Counted from the first letter of the stretch, positions 17,367 to 25,723 are shown. The stretch: 32,000 bases of DNA from an uncultured Thermoproteales archaeon (GCA_938027595.1 CALJAK010000007.1:109982-141981), one strand, 5' to 3'. The notes: a model not told the origin generated them from the sequence alone. Made by a program: numbers and translations.

Positions 17367-19130
17367 TTAAAAATCTACTGGGCGGCACTTTATTTTAGAT
17401 TCAATCTCGCCAAAAGTGTAATTCGCCCTAGCCATGTGGATGAATTTCTCCACTTCCCCCAACTCCACTCTCACCTGTCTCCGACTGTCGCGATCTCTAA
17501 CTGTCACTGTGTTATCCACAGGCGTTTTTTCGTCGATTGTTATGGCTAGAGGAGTCCCCACTTCGTCGCATGAAGCGTATCTACTGCCTATAGTCCCCTC
17601 GTCGTCGTAAATTACGTAAAAACCAGCGGCCATGAGCCGCCGCGCCAACTGTCTGCCGATCTTTACGTACACCTCCTTCTTCACTATGGGCAATACACAT
17701 GCAGATATGGGAGCAACATCCGCCGGTAGGCGTAGGTATACACGGCCACTCTCTTCCACCACGGCAGATTCTAACGTGACGTATAGAATTCTGTCGATAC
17801 CGAAAGAGGGCTCAACTACGTGAGGGATAAACTTCTCCAAGTCTGTCTTCCACTTTTCGGTCTTTATGAAAACCATGTCTCGCGATACGACGAAATCCCC
17901 AACTTGTATCTCTCCCCCTCCCCTCTTGAACACTTCCAAAATTTTCTCTTCATTTTCTTTGATTGTCTTGATGACTTCGCCCACTCTATCGCCGTATTTA
18001 GCTCTAATGGCGGCGGGGTTTGGGTAGAGCCTCGCCACCTCCACCTCCCTAGGCTCCGGCAGCCGTCTTTCTAGATACATTTCTCTACCGCTGGATTTGC
18101 TATGTCCCCCCAAGTCGTAGTCAGTACGGTAGGCGTGTCCAGAGACTTCAATCCACCCAAACCTCTCTGTGTAAACCATTTGGTCGTATGATTTAGCTGA
18201 ATAATGCGCCCGCTCGTGTGGGAGTTTACCTAAAAATTTCTGTCGATCTATCGAAACGCCTAGTTCTTTTAGGAATTTAGTAGCTAACGCCATGAAAAAC
18301 GCCATCCACTCGTTGGCGTAACCCTCTTCCACTGTTTGTCTAACTGTGAGATAAATGGGGTCTAACACGCCTTTAGCTACATATGTCTCGGGCACTATGG
18401 GAATTTCCAAATTCTCTACTTCCGGCAGAAATGGACACGTGGGGTTCTGGGGGTCAAAGAACAATTCTATTTCCATTTGGCTGAATTCTCTCAATCTAAC
18501 TAACCCTCCGCGTGGAGAAATCTCATTTCTAGCCACTCTCCCAATTTGTGCAACTCCAAAGGGGTGTCTCCTCCCCATGTATTCAGCTAGTCTTGGAAAC
18601 GCTACGAAAATTCCTTGAGCTGTCTCGGGACGTAGATAGCCGGCATTTTCGCTATATGGCCCAATTACAGTTCTAAACAATAAGTTAAAAGACTCCACCT
18701 GGCTTAAATTACCTCCACACGCGGGGCACGTTATTTTATTGTCGTTAATTAACTTCTCGAGTTCTCTCCCCGAGAGTCCCTCTGTCGAGATCTTAATTCC
18801 GCGTTTTCCCAACTCTTCTTCAACTAAATGATCCGCTCTGTATTTTCTCCCGCATTTTGCACACGTCACGAGGTAGTCTGTGAAATGGTCTAAGTGTCCA
18901 GACGCTTTGAAAACAACTTCGGGCATTACAATTGGCGTCTCTACTTCTACAATAAGGTCTTGGTATGGCATAATGAAGATCTTGCGCCACTTCTCCACTA
19001 TGTTCTGTTTGAGTCGCACTGCGAGTGGGCCGTAGTCGTAGAAACCACCAACGCCGCCGTAGATCTCAGAAGAGGGCCAATAAATCTGTCTCTTTTTCAC
19101 AATCTCCTCCAAGATCTCCCAACGCCGCAC
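17367..19130 (-). CDS. glyS: Glycyl-tRNA synthetase (class II, archaeal/eukaryotic type)
   Basis: The IYWPSSEIYGGVGGFYDYGPLAVRLKQNI N-terminal signature, class II motifs (RPETAQGIF, FSQMEIE, PHVVEPSFGIDR) and a C-terminal anticodon-binding domain are present. I place the start at GTG 19130 ((M)RRWEILEEIVKKRQIYW). TATA 'aaattttaaatatac' lies ~22 nt upstream, and the 47 extra track codons do not look like GlyRS. Confidence 0.9.
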   Translation of the reverse strand: MRRWEILEEIVKKRQIYWPSSEIYGGVGGFYDYGPLAVRLKQNIVEKWRKIFIMPYQDLIVEVETPIVMPEVVFKASGHLDHFTDYLVTCAKCGRKYRADHLVEEELGKRGIKISTEGLSGRELEKLINDNKITCPACGGNLSQVESFNLLFRTVIGPYSENAGYLRPETAQGIFVAFPRLAEYMGRRHPFGVAQIGRVARNEISPRGGLVRLREFSQMEIELFFDPQNPTCPFLPEVENLEIPIVPETYVAKGVLDPIYLTVRQTVEEGYANEWMAFFMALATKFLKELGVSIDRQKFLGKLPHERAHYSAKSYDQMVYTERFGWIEVSGHAYRTDYDLGGHSKSSGREMYLERRLPEPREVEVARLYPNPAAIRAKYGDRVGEVIKTIKENEEKILEVFKRGGGEIQVGDFVVSRDMVFIKTEKWKTDLEKFIPHVVEPSFGIDRILYVTLESAVVEESGRVYLRLPADVAPISACVLPIVKKEVYVKIGRQLARRLMAAGFYVIYDDEGTIGSRYASCDEVGTPLAITIDEKTPVDNTVTVRDRDSRRQVRVELGEVEKFIHMARANYTFGEIESKIKCRPVDF

Positions 19131-19144
19131 ATCGAAATTTATAA

Positions 19145-19159
19145 GTATATTTAAAATTT
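19145..19159. promoter_or_regulatory. TATA box for leaderless glyS; near-palindromic, so it could also fire rightward
   Basis: 'gtatatttaaaattt' is centred ~22 nt from GTG 19130. Confidence 0.45.
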
Positions 19160-19534
19160 GACGCGAACCCCCGTTGAGCTGTGGGTGGCTTCGCCACACG
19201 GCGTCTCTGTGGATGGTAGTGGGTGCCGTAGTGTTGTTTTTTGGCAGAGCGTGAGAGTTGACGCCATCCACGCCGAGGTGAACGCTCTCTCTATAGCGTC
19301 TGCAGTGCGGTGTTGCAATTTCTTGTGGAGATCATTGCAGTGGTCCTTCATGTGCCTCACGATTTTTCAAAACTGCAAAAGACGCCGTGGTAGTCGGCGC
19401 GCTGTTCGTCTCTCGGTGGTTGTTAGGGAGACTCATCGATGGTGGTTTTTGTGTACGTAGGGGGAGTCTTTGGTTCACAAGTTGAGTTATGGCGGGGACT
19501 TAGACATTAAAATAGTGTTGAGGAGATTAAAGAA

Positions 19535-20335
19535 GTGAAGTGTAGAGTGAAAATATTCGGTGCACCCATGGAAGACACTGTTAGCTTCAGGCCGGGCACT
19601 CGCTTCGCTCCGCAGAAAGTGCGGAGCGTCTTGCCCCACTTGGAGTACACTACGGCGTTTGGCGAAGCGGCTGTGGTGCACTGCGACATGGGCGACGTGG
19701 AATTGCTTCAAGGCATGCCGGAGGAGAATCTAAATAGAATTAAGATGTTTATTGAGAAAACTACGCCCCCATTCATAATGATCGGCGGTGAGCACACTGT
19801 GACGCTTGCAGCTCTGGAGGTGTTGAAACCTAACACCTACATACATATAGATGCTCATTTTGATTTACGTAACGAATGGCCGCCTGGTCAGCGTCTCTCC
19901 CACGCCACATTTGCTAGGAGAGCTCACGAGAAGCTTGATTTTTATGCAATATTTATAGGAGTCCGGGCGTTTGACAGAGAAGAGTATCTATATGCCAGAG
20001 AGTCTGGTTTTTATGTTGTGGGAAGTGACTTCACCAGGAGGGAGATCGCAGACGCGGTGTCTACAGTCTCTGGATCTGTCTACTTGAGCATTGACGTTGA
20101 TGTGTTAGACCCTGCAGAAGCGCCAGGTGTGGGAACGCCGGAGGCTGGGGGGATAGACTACAGAACACTAGAGATGTTACTCATAGATCTCACGCTTACG
20201 CTAAAACCGAGAGCTTTAGACATAGTGGAGTTTTCGCCCCCCAACGACGTGTCTGACATAACTGCAGTAAAGGTGGCTAGGCTGTTATTTCACGCATCTA
20301 CGGCGATTAGTCAGCCAGTATGCCTTTCTTCATAA
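19535..20335 (+). CDS. speB: Agmatinase (arginase/ureohydrolase family)
   Basis: Mn-ligand motifs GGEHTVT, DAHFDL and SIDVDVLDP, plus the N-terminal FGAPMEDTVSFRPGTRFAP. GTG start with TATA 'cattaaaatag' ~25 nt upstream. Confidence 0.85.
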   Translation: MKCRVKIFGAPMEDTVSFRPGTRFAPQKVRSVLPHLEYTTAFGEAAVVHCDMGDVELLQGMPEENLNRIKMFIEKTTPPFIMIGGEHTVTLAALEVLKPNTYIHIDAHFDLRNEWPPGQRLSHATFARRAHEKLDFYAIFIGVRAFDREEYLYARESGFYVVGSDFTRREIADAVSTVSGSVYLSIDVDVLDPAEAPGVGTPEAGGIDYRTLEMLLIDLTLTLKPRALDIVEFSPPNDVSDITAVKVARLLFHASTAISQPVCLSS

Positions 20336-20384
20336 TCAGCCGCGAGCTGTGGCATCACTCATATGTTTATATTTATAGAAATAT

Positions 20385-20882
20385 ATGCGTTCTCTCTTTG
20401 TAGGTCGCTTCCAACCGCTGCACTGGGGACACGTGAAAGTAGTAGAGTGGCTCTTGTCACACTACGACGAGGTAGTCATAGCAATTGGGTCTGCCAACAA
20501 AGCATTTACGTTTGACAATCCATTTACGCCAGGCGAGAGGATAGAGATGTTTAGGAGACACTTCGGCCGCGAGAGTCGTTTGCTTTACTGCAGCGTCCCA
20601 GACACCTCGGGACAGTCCAGCATATGGGGGGCATATTTGCGCCATTGGTGTCCACAATTTCACGTACTTTATTCAAACAACCCCCATGTGGAAGTCGCCG
20701 CGTCGTTTTGGGGAATTGAAGTAAAGCGGCACCCCATCTACGGGAACTACTCGGGCACGGTGATTAGACAACTCATGGCGCTAGGCGACTCGAGTTGGAG
20801 AGAGTTCGTGCCCCCAGCTGTGGTTAGCTACATAGAGGAAATTGGAGGAGTAGAGAGAATGAAGGCGTTGAAGCTGCAGTAA
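20385..20882 (+). CDS. nadM: Nicotinamide-nucleotide adenylyltransferase (archaeal NMNAT)
   Basis: The N-terminal FVGRFQPLHWGHVKVVEWLL (nucleotidyltransferase HxGH motif) and the 165-aa size are typical of archaeal NMNAT. Confidence 0.85.
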   Translation: MRSLFVGRFQPLHWGHVKVVEWLLSHYDEVVIAIGSANKAFTFDNPFTPGERIEMFRRHFGRESRLLYCSVPDTSGQSSIWGAYLRHWCPQFHVLYSNNPHVEVAASFWGIEVKRHPIYGNYSGTVIRQLMALGDSSWREFVPPAVVSYIEEIGGVERMKALKLQ

Positions 20883-20912
20883 AAACATATATACATAACT
20901 CAATGGCGAGTT

Positions 20913-21068
20913 GTGGAGGAGAGAAAACTCTACGTATGTATAAAGTGCGGAAGGACATTCTCGAGACCCGAAATGGAGATACTCCCCGGCATAAGATGTC
21001 CCTATTGTAACTTCAAGATAATTATGAAGGTGAGAAGTCCAGCAGTCAAGAGAATACCAGCATTGTGA
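20913..21068 (+). CDS. rpoP: DNA-directed RNA polymerase subunit P (Rpo12/RpoP)
   Basis: Not in the track (51 codons, GTG start). It reads (M)[50 protein letters not shown]. The CxxC...LPGxRCPYCxxKI zinc ribbon is the RpoP signature. TATA 'aaaaacatatatacata' lies ~20-25 nt upstream. Confidence 0.85.
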   Translation: MEERKLYVCIKCGRTFSRPEMEILPGIRCPYCNFKIIMKVRSPAVKRIPAL

Positions 21069-21071
21069 AGC

Positions 21072-21084
21072 TAAATTTATAAAC
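21072..21084 (+). promoter_or_regulatory. TATA box for tRNA-Val
   Basis: 'taaatttataaac' is centred ~26 nt upstream of the tRNA 5' end (21104). Confidence 0.5.
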
Positions 21085-21103
21085 ACAGCCATATCCCTCT
21101 CCA

Positions 21104-21227
<124 letters not shown>

Positions 21228-21425
21228 TTAACGCCAACCCAATAGATTTTTGATGCTGTCTACAATGTTAGATATGAAAGTGTCGGTGGCGTTGCGGAAA
21301 CCCAGAATTTTGTCCACAGCTCCCTGTATTACTCCCGACACTGTGAGCGCGAAAGCGCTGATCAACGCCACTGAAATCACTATCAACAACACTTCTTCCA
21401 CTAGTAGACTTCCCCTGTTCTTCAT
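21228..21425 (-). CDS. Small membrane protein with a class III (type IV pilin-like) signal-peptide pattern
   Basis: From ATG 21425: MKNRG|SLLVEEVLLIVISVALISAFALTV... This is a basic stretch, a Gly, then a hydrophobic helix with Glu at +5. 65 aa with one NxT sequon. TATA-like 'cttatagtt' lies ~27 nt upstream. The track start (21449) is a TTG. Confidence 0.45.
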   Translation of the reverse strand: MKNRGSLLVEEVLLIVISVALISAFALTVSGVIQGAVDKILGFRNATDTFISNIVDSIKNLLGWR

Positions 21426-21449
21426 GCCTATATGTGAGTAGAAAAACAA

Positions 21450-22061
21450 CTATAAGCCAGCCGTAGCCACCGCGCTCTCTATTGTGGATTCTGGAGCCAC
21501 CACGTGCGGAATGCCGAATTTCTCCAATGCCCTAGCCGTCACGGGTCCAATAGCCACCACTTTCTTGTCTCTCAAATCCACCACCTCAGCCACCGCCTCT
21601 GCCACAGTGGCGCTGGTGATGACAACTGCAGTGGCTCTCGCTAGGAGCGCCACAGCTTGCTTTAGCTTATCTCTATCTATTAATACGTCGTATACCGACA
21701 CTTCCACTACGTCTGGCAGTAGACTTCGCAACACGTCGTTACCTCGGTTGGATCTGAGCACTACAACTCTACCTGGCGCCAATTCTCTTAATAAACGTGC
21801 CACTCCGTAGCTAGAATACTCGCGAGGGACGGCACAATTGCCGACGGCTTCTGCAGTGGAGGGCCCCACGCAGATCACACACTTGAACCTCCCCCTCAAC
21901 TGCCCCACGTCCACAGCTTGCGCCACTAGGGGACTCATGACGACTAAATAGTCGCCGTCTGGCACCGAAACGTTTCTACGTATCGCTGTAGTGCCTATAG
22001 TTACACACATGGCGCTTGGGGGACACTTGCCCTCCTTCAACCTAACTACCACGATGGACAT
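21450..22061 (-). CDS. hemD: Uroporphyrinogen-III synthase
   Basis: 203 aa. It has the HemD-like two-lobed pattern, including AVVITSATVAEAV...KKVVAIGPVTARALEKFGI. It overlaps the cobA 3' end by 20 nt, within a tetrapyrrole context. Confidence 0.7.
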   Translation of the reverse strand: MSIVVVRLKEGKCPPSAMCVTIGTTAIRRNVSVPDGDYLVVMSPLVAQAVDVGQLRGRFKCVICVGPSTAEAVGNCAVPREYSSYGVARLLRELAPGRVVVLRSNRGNDVLRSLLPDVVEVSVYDVLIDRDKLKQAVALLARATAVVITSATVAEAVAEVVDLRDKKVVAIGPVTARALEKFGIPHVVAPESTIESAVATAGL

Positions 22062-22776
22062 GTTGCCAGAGTCTCAAACCGCGTTCTACCACTCTACCCA
22101 CCACTATGACACTGGGGTTTGGGACTTCTCTCAACTTGTCTAGAGTCGTGGTGAAAAACTCCTCTCCCTCTAAGTAGGCAGATTTAATCACCGCCACGGG
22201 CGTGTCGGGCGGCATGCCGCCAGCCATCAGTTCTCTCGCCACCTCTCCGGCGGAGGATGCCCCCATGTAGACAACTATGGTGTCCACAGAAGTGGCTAAT
22301 TTCTTGAAGTCTACTTGCCTCACGCCTTTCGTGGGGTCTTCTCTGCCAGTTACGAGCGCCACGGAGCTAGCGACGCCTCTGAGTACTGGAGGTATGTAGA
22401 ACTTAGCCGGCGCCGCCAAGCCACTCGTTACGCCGGGGATCAGTTGACACTCCACCTCTCTAGACAGTAAGTATTCACACTCTTCGAAACCGCGTCCGAA
22501 CACTAGCGGATCGCCGCCGTGTAGTCTCACCACAACGTTGTACATCTTTGCGTATTTATAGAGCATTTCGTTGATTTCCTCCTGTCTGGGCCCCAAGCCA
22601 CCGGGCGATTTGCCGACTGGCACTAACAACGCTCTAGGATTTACATATGTCAATAATTTTTGCGAAACCAACCGGTCGTACAACACCACGTCTGCTTGAC
22701 TTAACAACTTCAACCCACGCACTGTGATGAGTTCCGGGTCGCCCGGCCCGGCGCCGACGATGTAAACACTGCCCAC
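22042..22776 (-). CDS. cobA: Uroporphyrinogen-III C-methyltransferase (SUMT)
   Basis: The VYIVGAGPGDPELITVRGLKLLSQADVVLYDRLV signature, GGDPLVFGRG and VPGVTS-like motif (IPGVTSGLAAP) are present. GTG start. Confidence 0.9.
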   Translation of the reverse strand: MGSVYIVGAGPGDPELITVRGLKLLSQADVVLYDRLVSQKLLTYVNPRALLVPVGKSPGGLGPRQEEINEMLYKYAKMYNVVVRLHGGDPLVFGRGFEECEYLLSREVECQLIPGVTSGLAAPAKFYIPPVLRGVASSVALVTGREDPTKGVRQVDFKKLATSVDTIVVYMGASSAGEVARELMAGGMPPDTPVAVIKSAYLEGEEFFTTTLDKLREVPNPSVIVVGRVVERGLRLWQHVHRGS

Positions 22777-22803
22777 AATTTAAAAATGTGATCGATATAT
22801 AAC
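22777..22803. promoter_or_regulatory. Back-to-back TATA boxes in the 30-bp cobA/hemL divergent spacer
   Basis: 'aatttaaaaat' is centred ~23-25 nt upstream of the hemL ATG (22807). 'gatatataac' is centred ~23 nt upstream of the cobA GTG (22776) on the other strand. Confidence 0.5.
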
Positions 22804-22806
22804 TTC

Positions 22807-24057
22807 ATGTTTTTCGAGAGAGCGAAAGCCGTATTCCCCGGCGGCGTGAATTCCCCAGCCCGCGCGTTGAAGCACCTCCCCGCGCCTCTTGTGGCTAAGT
22901 CTGCATCTGGCCCCTACTTACACACAGACCGCGGGAGATTAGTGGACTACTGTCTGGCGTTCGGCGCCGTCATATTGGGGCACAACCACCCAGCCGTCAG
23001 AGAGGCCGTGGCTAGACAATTGGAGAGGGGGTGGATTTATGCCCTCTTGACTGAGGAAGAGTTGGAGTTTGGAGAAGGGATAAAGAGACATACATCTATA
23101 GATAAATTGAGAATTGTAAACAGCGGCACTGAAGCCACTATGAATGCCGTGAGGCTAGCCCGCGGTTACACCAAGCGAGACGTAATTATAAAATTCGACG
23201 GAAATTTCCACGGCTCGCACGACTACGTCTTGATCAAAGCCGGCTCTGGAGCAGCCACTTGGGGCATCCCCACAAGCGCCGGCATTCCGCAGGAAGTGGC
23301 GAAATTGACGGCTGTGGCTCCCTACAACGACACAAATGCGTTTCTGAAAGTCGCTAGAGACTTAGGCGAGAGACTGGCGGCCGTCATTCTGGAGCCAATC
23401 GCCGCCAACTTCGGCCTCATACCGCCAGACGTGGAGTTTTTAAAAGCCGTAAGAGAAGAAACCAGCCGGTTGGGGGCGTTGTTGATTTTCGACGAGGTAG
23501 TCACTGGCTTTAGAGTTGGACTCGGAGGCGCACAGTCGCTGTATGGGATAAAGCCAGACTTAATTACTTTTGGAAAAGTCATCGGCGGTGGTTTTCCAAT
23601 TGGCATTTTTGGCGGACGCGGCGAGATTATGGACATGGTTGCCCCCAGCGGACCTGTGTACAACGCCGGCACTTATAACGCGCATCCAGTCTCGATAGCT
23701 GCCGGGCTTGCCGTGTTGAGAGAGTTAGAGAAAGGCTATGTGTATACGTCGGCTGACCAAGCCGCCAGAAAGCTAGCCGAGGGGATAGGAGACATAGCGG
23801 AGAGAGCAGGCTTCGACGTAGTGGTGAAGCAAATCTCATCTATGTTCCAAATATATTTCAAGAGGGGAGATGTGAAGACTCCCCAAGACGTGAGAGAGAG
23901 CGACGAGAAGCTCTATCTAAAACTACACGAAAAATTGTTGAAATACGGGGTTTACCTAGCTCCATCGCAGTACGAAACGAACTTCACTTCAGCGTCGCAT
24001 CCGGAGGTGGTGGAGGAGACGTTAGCTGCTTTCGAGAAAGCCTTTAGAGAATTATGA
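22807..24057 (+). CDS. hemL: Glutamate-1-semialdehyde 2,1-aminomutase
   Basis: GGVNSPAR, NSGTEATM, FDEVVTGFR and the PLP-lysine context TFGKVIGGGFP are present. 416 aa. Confidence 0.9.
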   Translation: MFFERAKAVFPGGVNSPARALKHLPAPLVAKSASGPYLHTDRGRLVDYCLAFGAVILGHNHPAVREAVARQLERGWIYALLTEEELEFGEGIKRHTSIDKLRIVNSGTEATMNAVRLARGYTKRDVIIKFDGNFHGSHDYVLIKAGSGAATWGIPTSAGIPQEVAKLTAVAPYNDTNAFLKVARDLGERLAAVILEPIAANFGLIPPDVEFLKAVREETSRLGALLIFDEVVTGFRVGLGGAQSLYGIKPDLITFGKVIGGGFPIGIFGGRGEIMDMVAPSGPVYNAGTYNAHPVSIAAGLAVLRELEKGYVYTSADQAARKLAEGIGDIAERAGFDVVVKQISSMFQIYFKRGDVKTPQDVRESDEKLYLKLHEKLLKYGVYLAPSQYETNFTSASHPEVVEETLAAFEKAFREL

Positions 24058-25148
24058 GAGAACTCATACAACGATTTCACAAAACACCTCTGATAGTGTT
24101 TTGGGAGAGCACCAAAGCTTGCCCCCTCGCTTGTAGACACTGCCGCGCAGACGCCATAACTAAACCACTTCCGGGAGAACTCACCACGGGAGAGGGCATG
24201 AGGTTGTTGGAGCAAGTGGCTTCTTTCGGCGATCCAAAACCGTTGTTGGTAATCACTGGCGGAGATCCACTCATGAGGCTTGACTTGTTTCAACTAGTGG
24301 ACTACGCCAACAGTTTGGGAATTCCAGTGTCGCTAGCGCCGGCGGTTTCGAAAAACTTAAACGAAGAGACGTTGAGAGCTATAAGAGATTCAGGCGTGAG
24401 GTCCATATCTATAAGTCTCGACGGAGCCAGCCCAGAAACGCACGACGAGTTGAGGGGGGTGGTTGGCAGTTTCCGCGAGACTGTCTCAGCCATAAAGAAA
24501 GCGGTAGAGATAGGTCTCCCCACGCAAGTTAATACGGTGGTGTGGAAAAAATCCACGCCAGAACTGCCGGAGGTGGTGTACCTATTGAAAAACTTGGGTG
24601 TGAAAATTTGGGAAGTGTTTTTCTTGATTGTCACTGGCAGAGCCAGAGAGGAGTTGGACATTACGCCAATTGAGTACGAGGCAGTGGTGCAGTTTTTAGT
24701 AGACGTATCCAGATACGGCTTCCAAGTGAGAACTGTAGAAGCCCCCTTCTACAGGAGGGCAAAGTTAGAGAGGCAAGAGAGACAATTTGACCACCCACTC
24801 TACGCAACTCTCGTAGAGAGACTGAGGGAGAAGCTAGGGCCGCCACAGAGGGGGATAGATCCCACGATAATTCCCACTAGAGACGGCTTTGGCATAATTT
24901 TCGTGGCTTACGACGGTACTGTCTACCCAAGCGGCTTCCTCCCATATCCTCTTGGCAACGTGAAGAAGGGGAATTTAGTGGAGATATATAGAGAACATCC
25001 ACTGTTGTTGAAGATGCGCAGTGGCGAGTTTGAGGGTAGATGTGGCGTGTGTAAATATAGAGACGTTTGCGGCGGTTCTCGAGCTAGAGCTTACGCCTAT
25101 TTCAAAAACCCACTTGCCGAAGACCCAGCTTGCGTCTACAACCCCTAG
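24054..25148 (+). CDS. Radical SAM/SPASM enzyme, NirJ-like (AhbC or AhbD of the alternative heme pathway)
   Basis: CPLACRHC CxxxCxxC motif, GGDPLMR, and the C-terminal SPASM-type Cys cluster GRCGVCKYRDVCGGSRARAY...DPAC. ATGA overlap with hemL. Confidence 0.7.
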   Translation: MRELIQRFHKTPLIVFWESTKACPLACRHCRADAITKPLPGELTTGEGMRLLEQVASFGDPKPLLVITGGDPLMRLDLFQLVDYANSLGIPVSLAPAVSKNLNEETLRAIRDSGVRSISISLDGASPETHDELRGVVGSFRETVSAIKKAVEIGLPTQVNTVVWKKSTPELPEVVYLLKNLGVKIWEVFFLIVTGRAREELDITPIEYEAVVQFLVDVSRYGFQVRTVEAPFYRRAKLERQERQFDHPLYATLVERLREKLGPPQRGIDPTIIPTRDGFGIIFVAYDGTVYPSGFLPYPLGNVKKGNLVEIYREHPLLLKMRSGEFEGRCGVCKYRDVCGGSRARAYAYFKNPLAEDPACVYNP

Positions 25149-25723
25149 AGGAGTTGACGCAAATCGTCTATATACCGACGCGCCTTGGTGCATCTCTTGT
25201 GTCTCACGATGCAAACTCCGTACGCCCCCGCCGCCTCAGCCATCTCCATGTCGTAATCTGAATCACCCACCACCACCATGTCTCTAGTAGATGTGTTGAG
25301 GTGTTTGGCAACCACGTAGAGGGGGTCTGGCGCCGGCTTTCCTCTCTCCACTTCGTCGCCGCCTAGAACTAAGTCTATATATCTAGATATGTCAAACTTT
25401 TCCACTATCGCTCTAGCCACGTTACCGCTGGAGGAGGTCACAATAGCTATAGGTCTCGATAAATACTTAACCACCTCGGCGTCTTTATACAACGTGACGA
25501 AGTTTATGTACTTCTCTAGAAATATTTCGTTTTTCAACGTCGCGAGTTCGGTTGCTCTCTCTGGCAATAGTCTCTTGGCGATTTCCACAGCTGGGAGACC
25601 CATGAGGATCTTTACATCGCCGATGTTTACATTTACGCCTAGCAAGTTCAACGCCTCTATCCACGCCGACACGTGAGCCTCTACAGAATCAACTAACGTC
25701 CCGTCTAGGTCAAATACGTACAC
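25145..25723 (-). CDS. HAD-superfamily hydrolase (phosphoglycolate phosphatase-like)
   Basis: HAD motif I FDLDGTLVDS, motif II VTSS, motif IV GDSDYDMEMA. 192 aa. Confidence 0.8.
   Translation of the reverse strand: MYVFDLDGTLVDSVEAHVSAWIEALNLLGVNVNIGDVKILMGLPAVEIAKRLLPERATELATLKNEIFLEKYINFVTLYKDAEVVKYLSRPIAIVTSSSGNVARAIVEKFDISRYIDLVLGGDEVERGKPAPDPLYVVAKHLNTSTRDMVVVGDSDYDMEMAEAAGAYGVCIVRHKRCTKARRYIDDLRQLL

Noticed and set aside
19131-19271. 47-codon N-terminal extension of glycyl-tRNA synthetase in the ORF track
   Set aside because: The extension (MDGVNSHALPKNNTTAPTT...) does not resemble GlyRS and runs through the TATA box. The GTG at 19130 sits at the right distance from the TATA and immediately precedes the conserved N-terminus.
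19151-19460. ORFs 19151-19360 (minus strand) and 19158-19460 (plus strand) as protein-coding genes
   Set aside because: The composition is implausible (W/C/R-rich, no domain-like segments). The two overlap each other on opposite strands in a GC-rich spacer. I treat them as chance ORFs and flag the region as a possible ncRNA instead.
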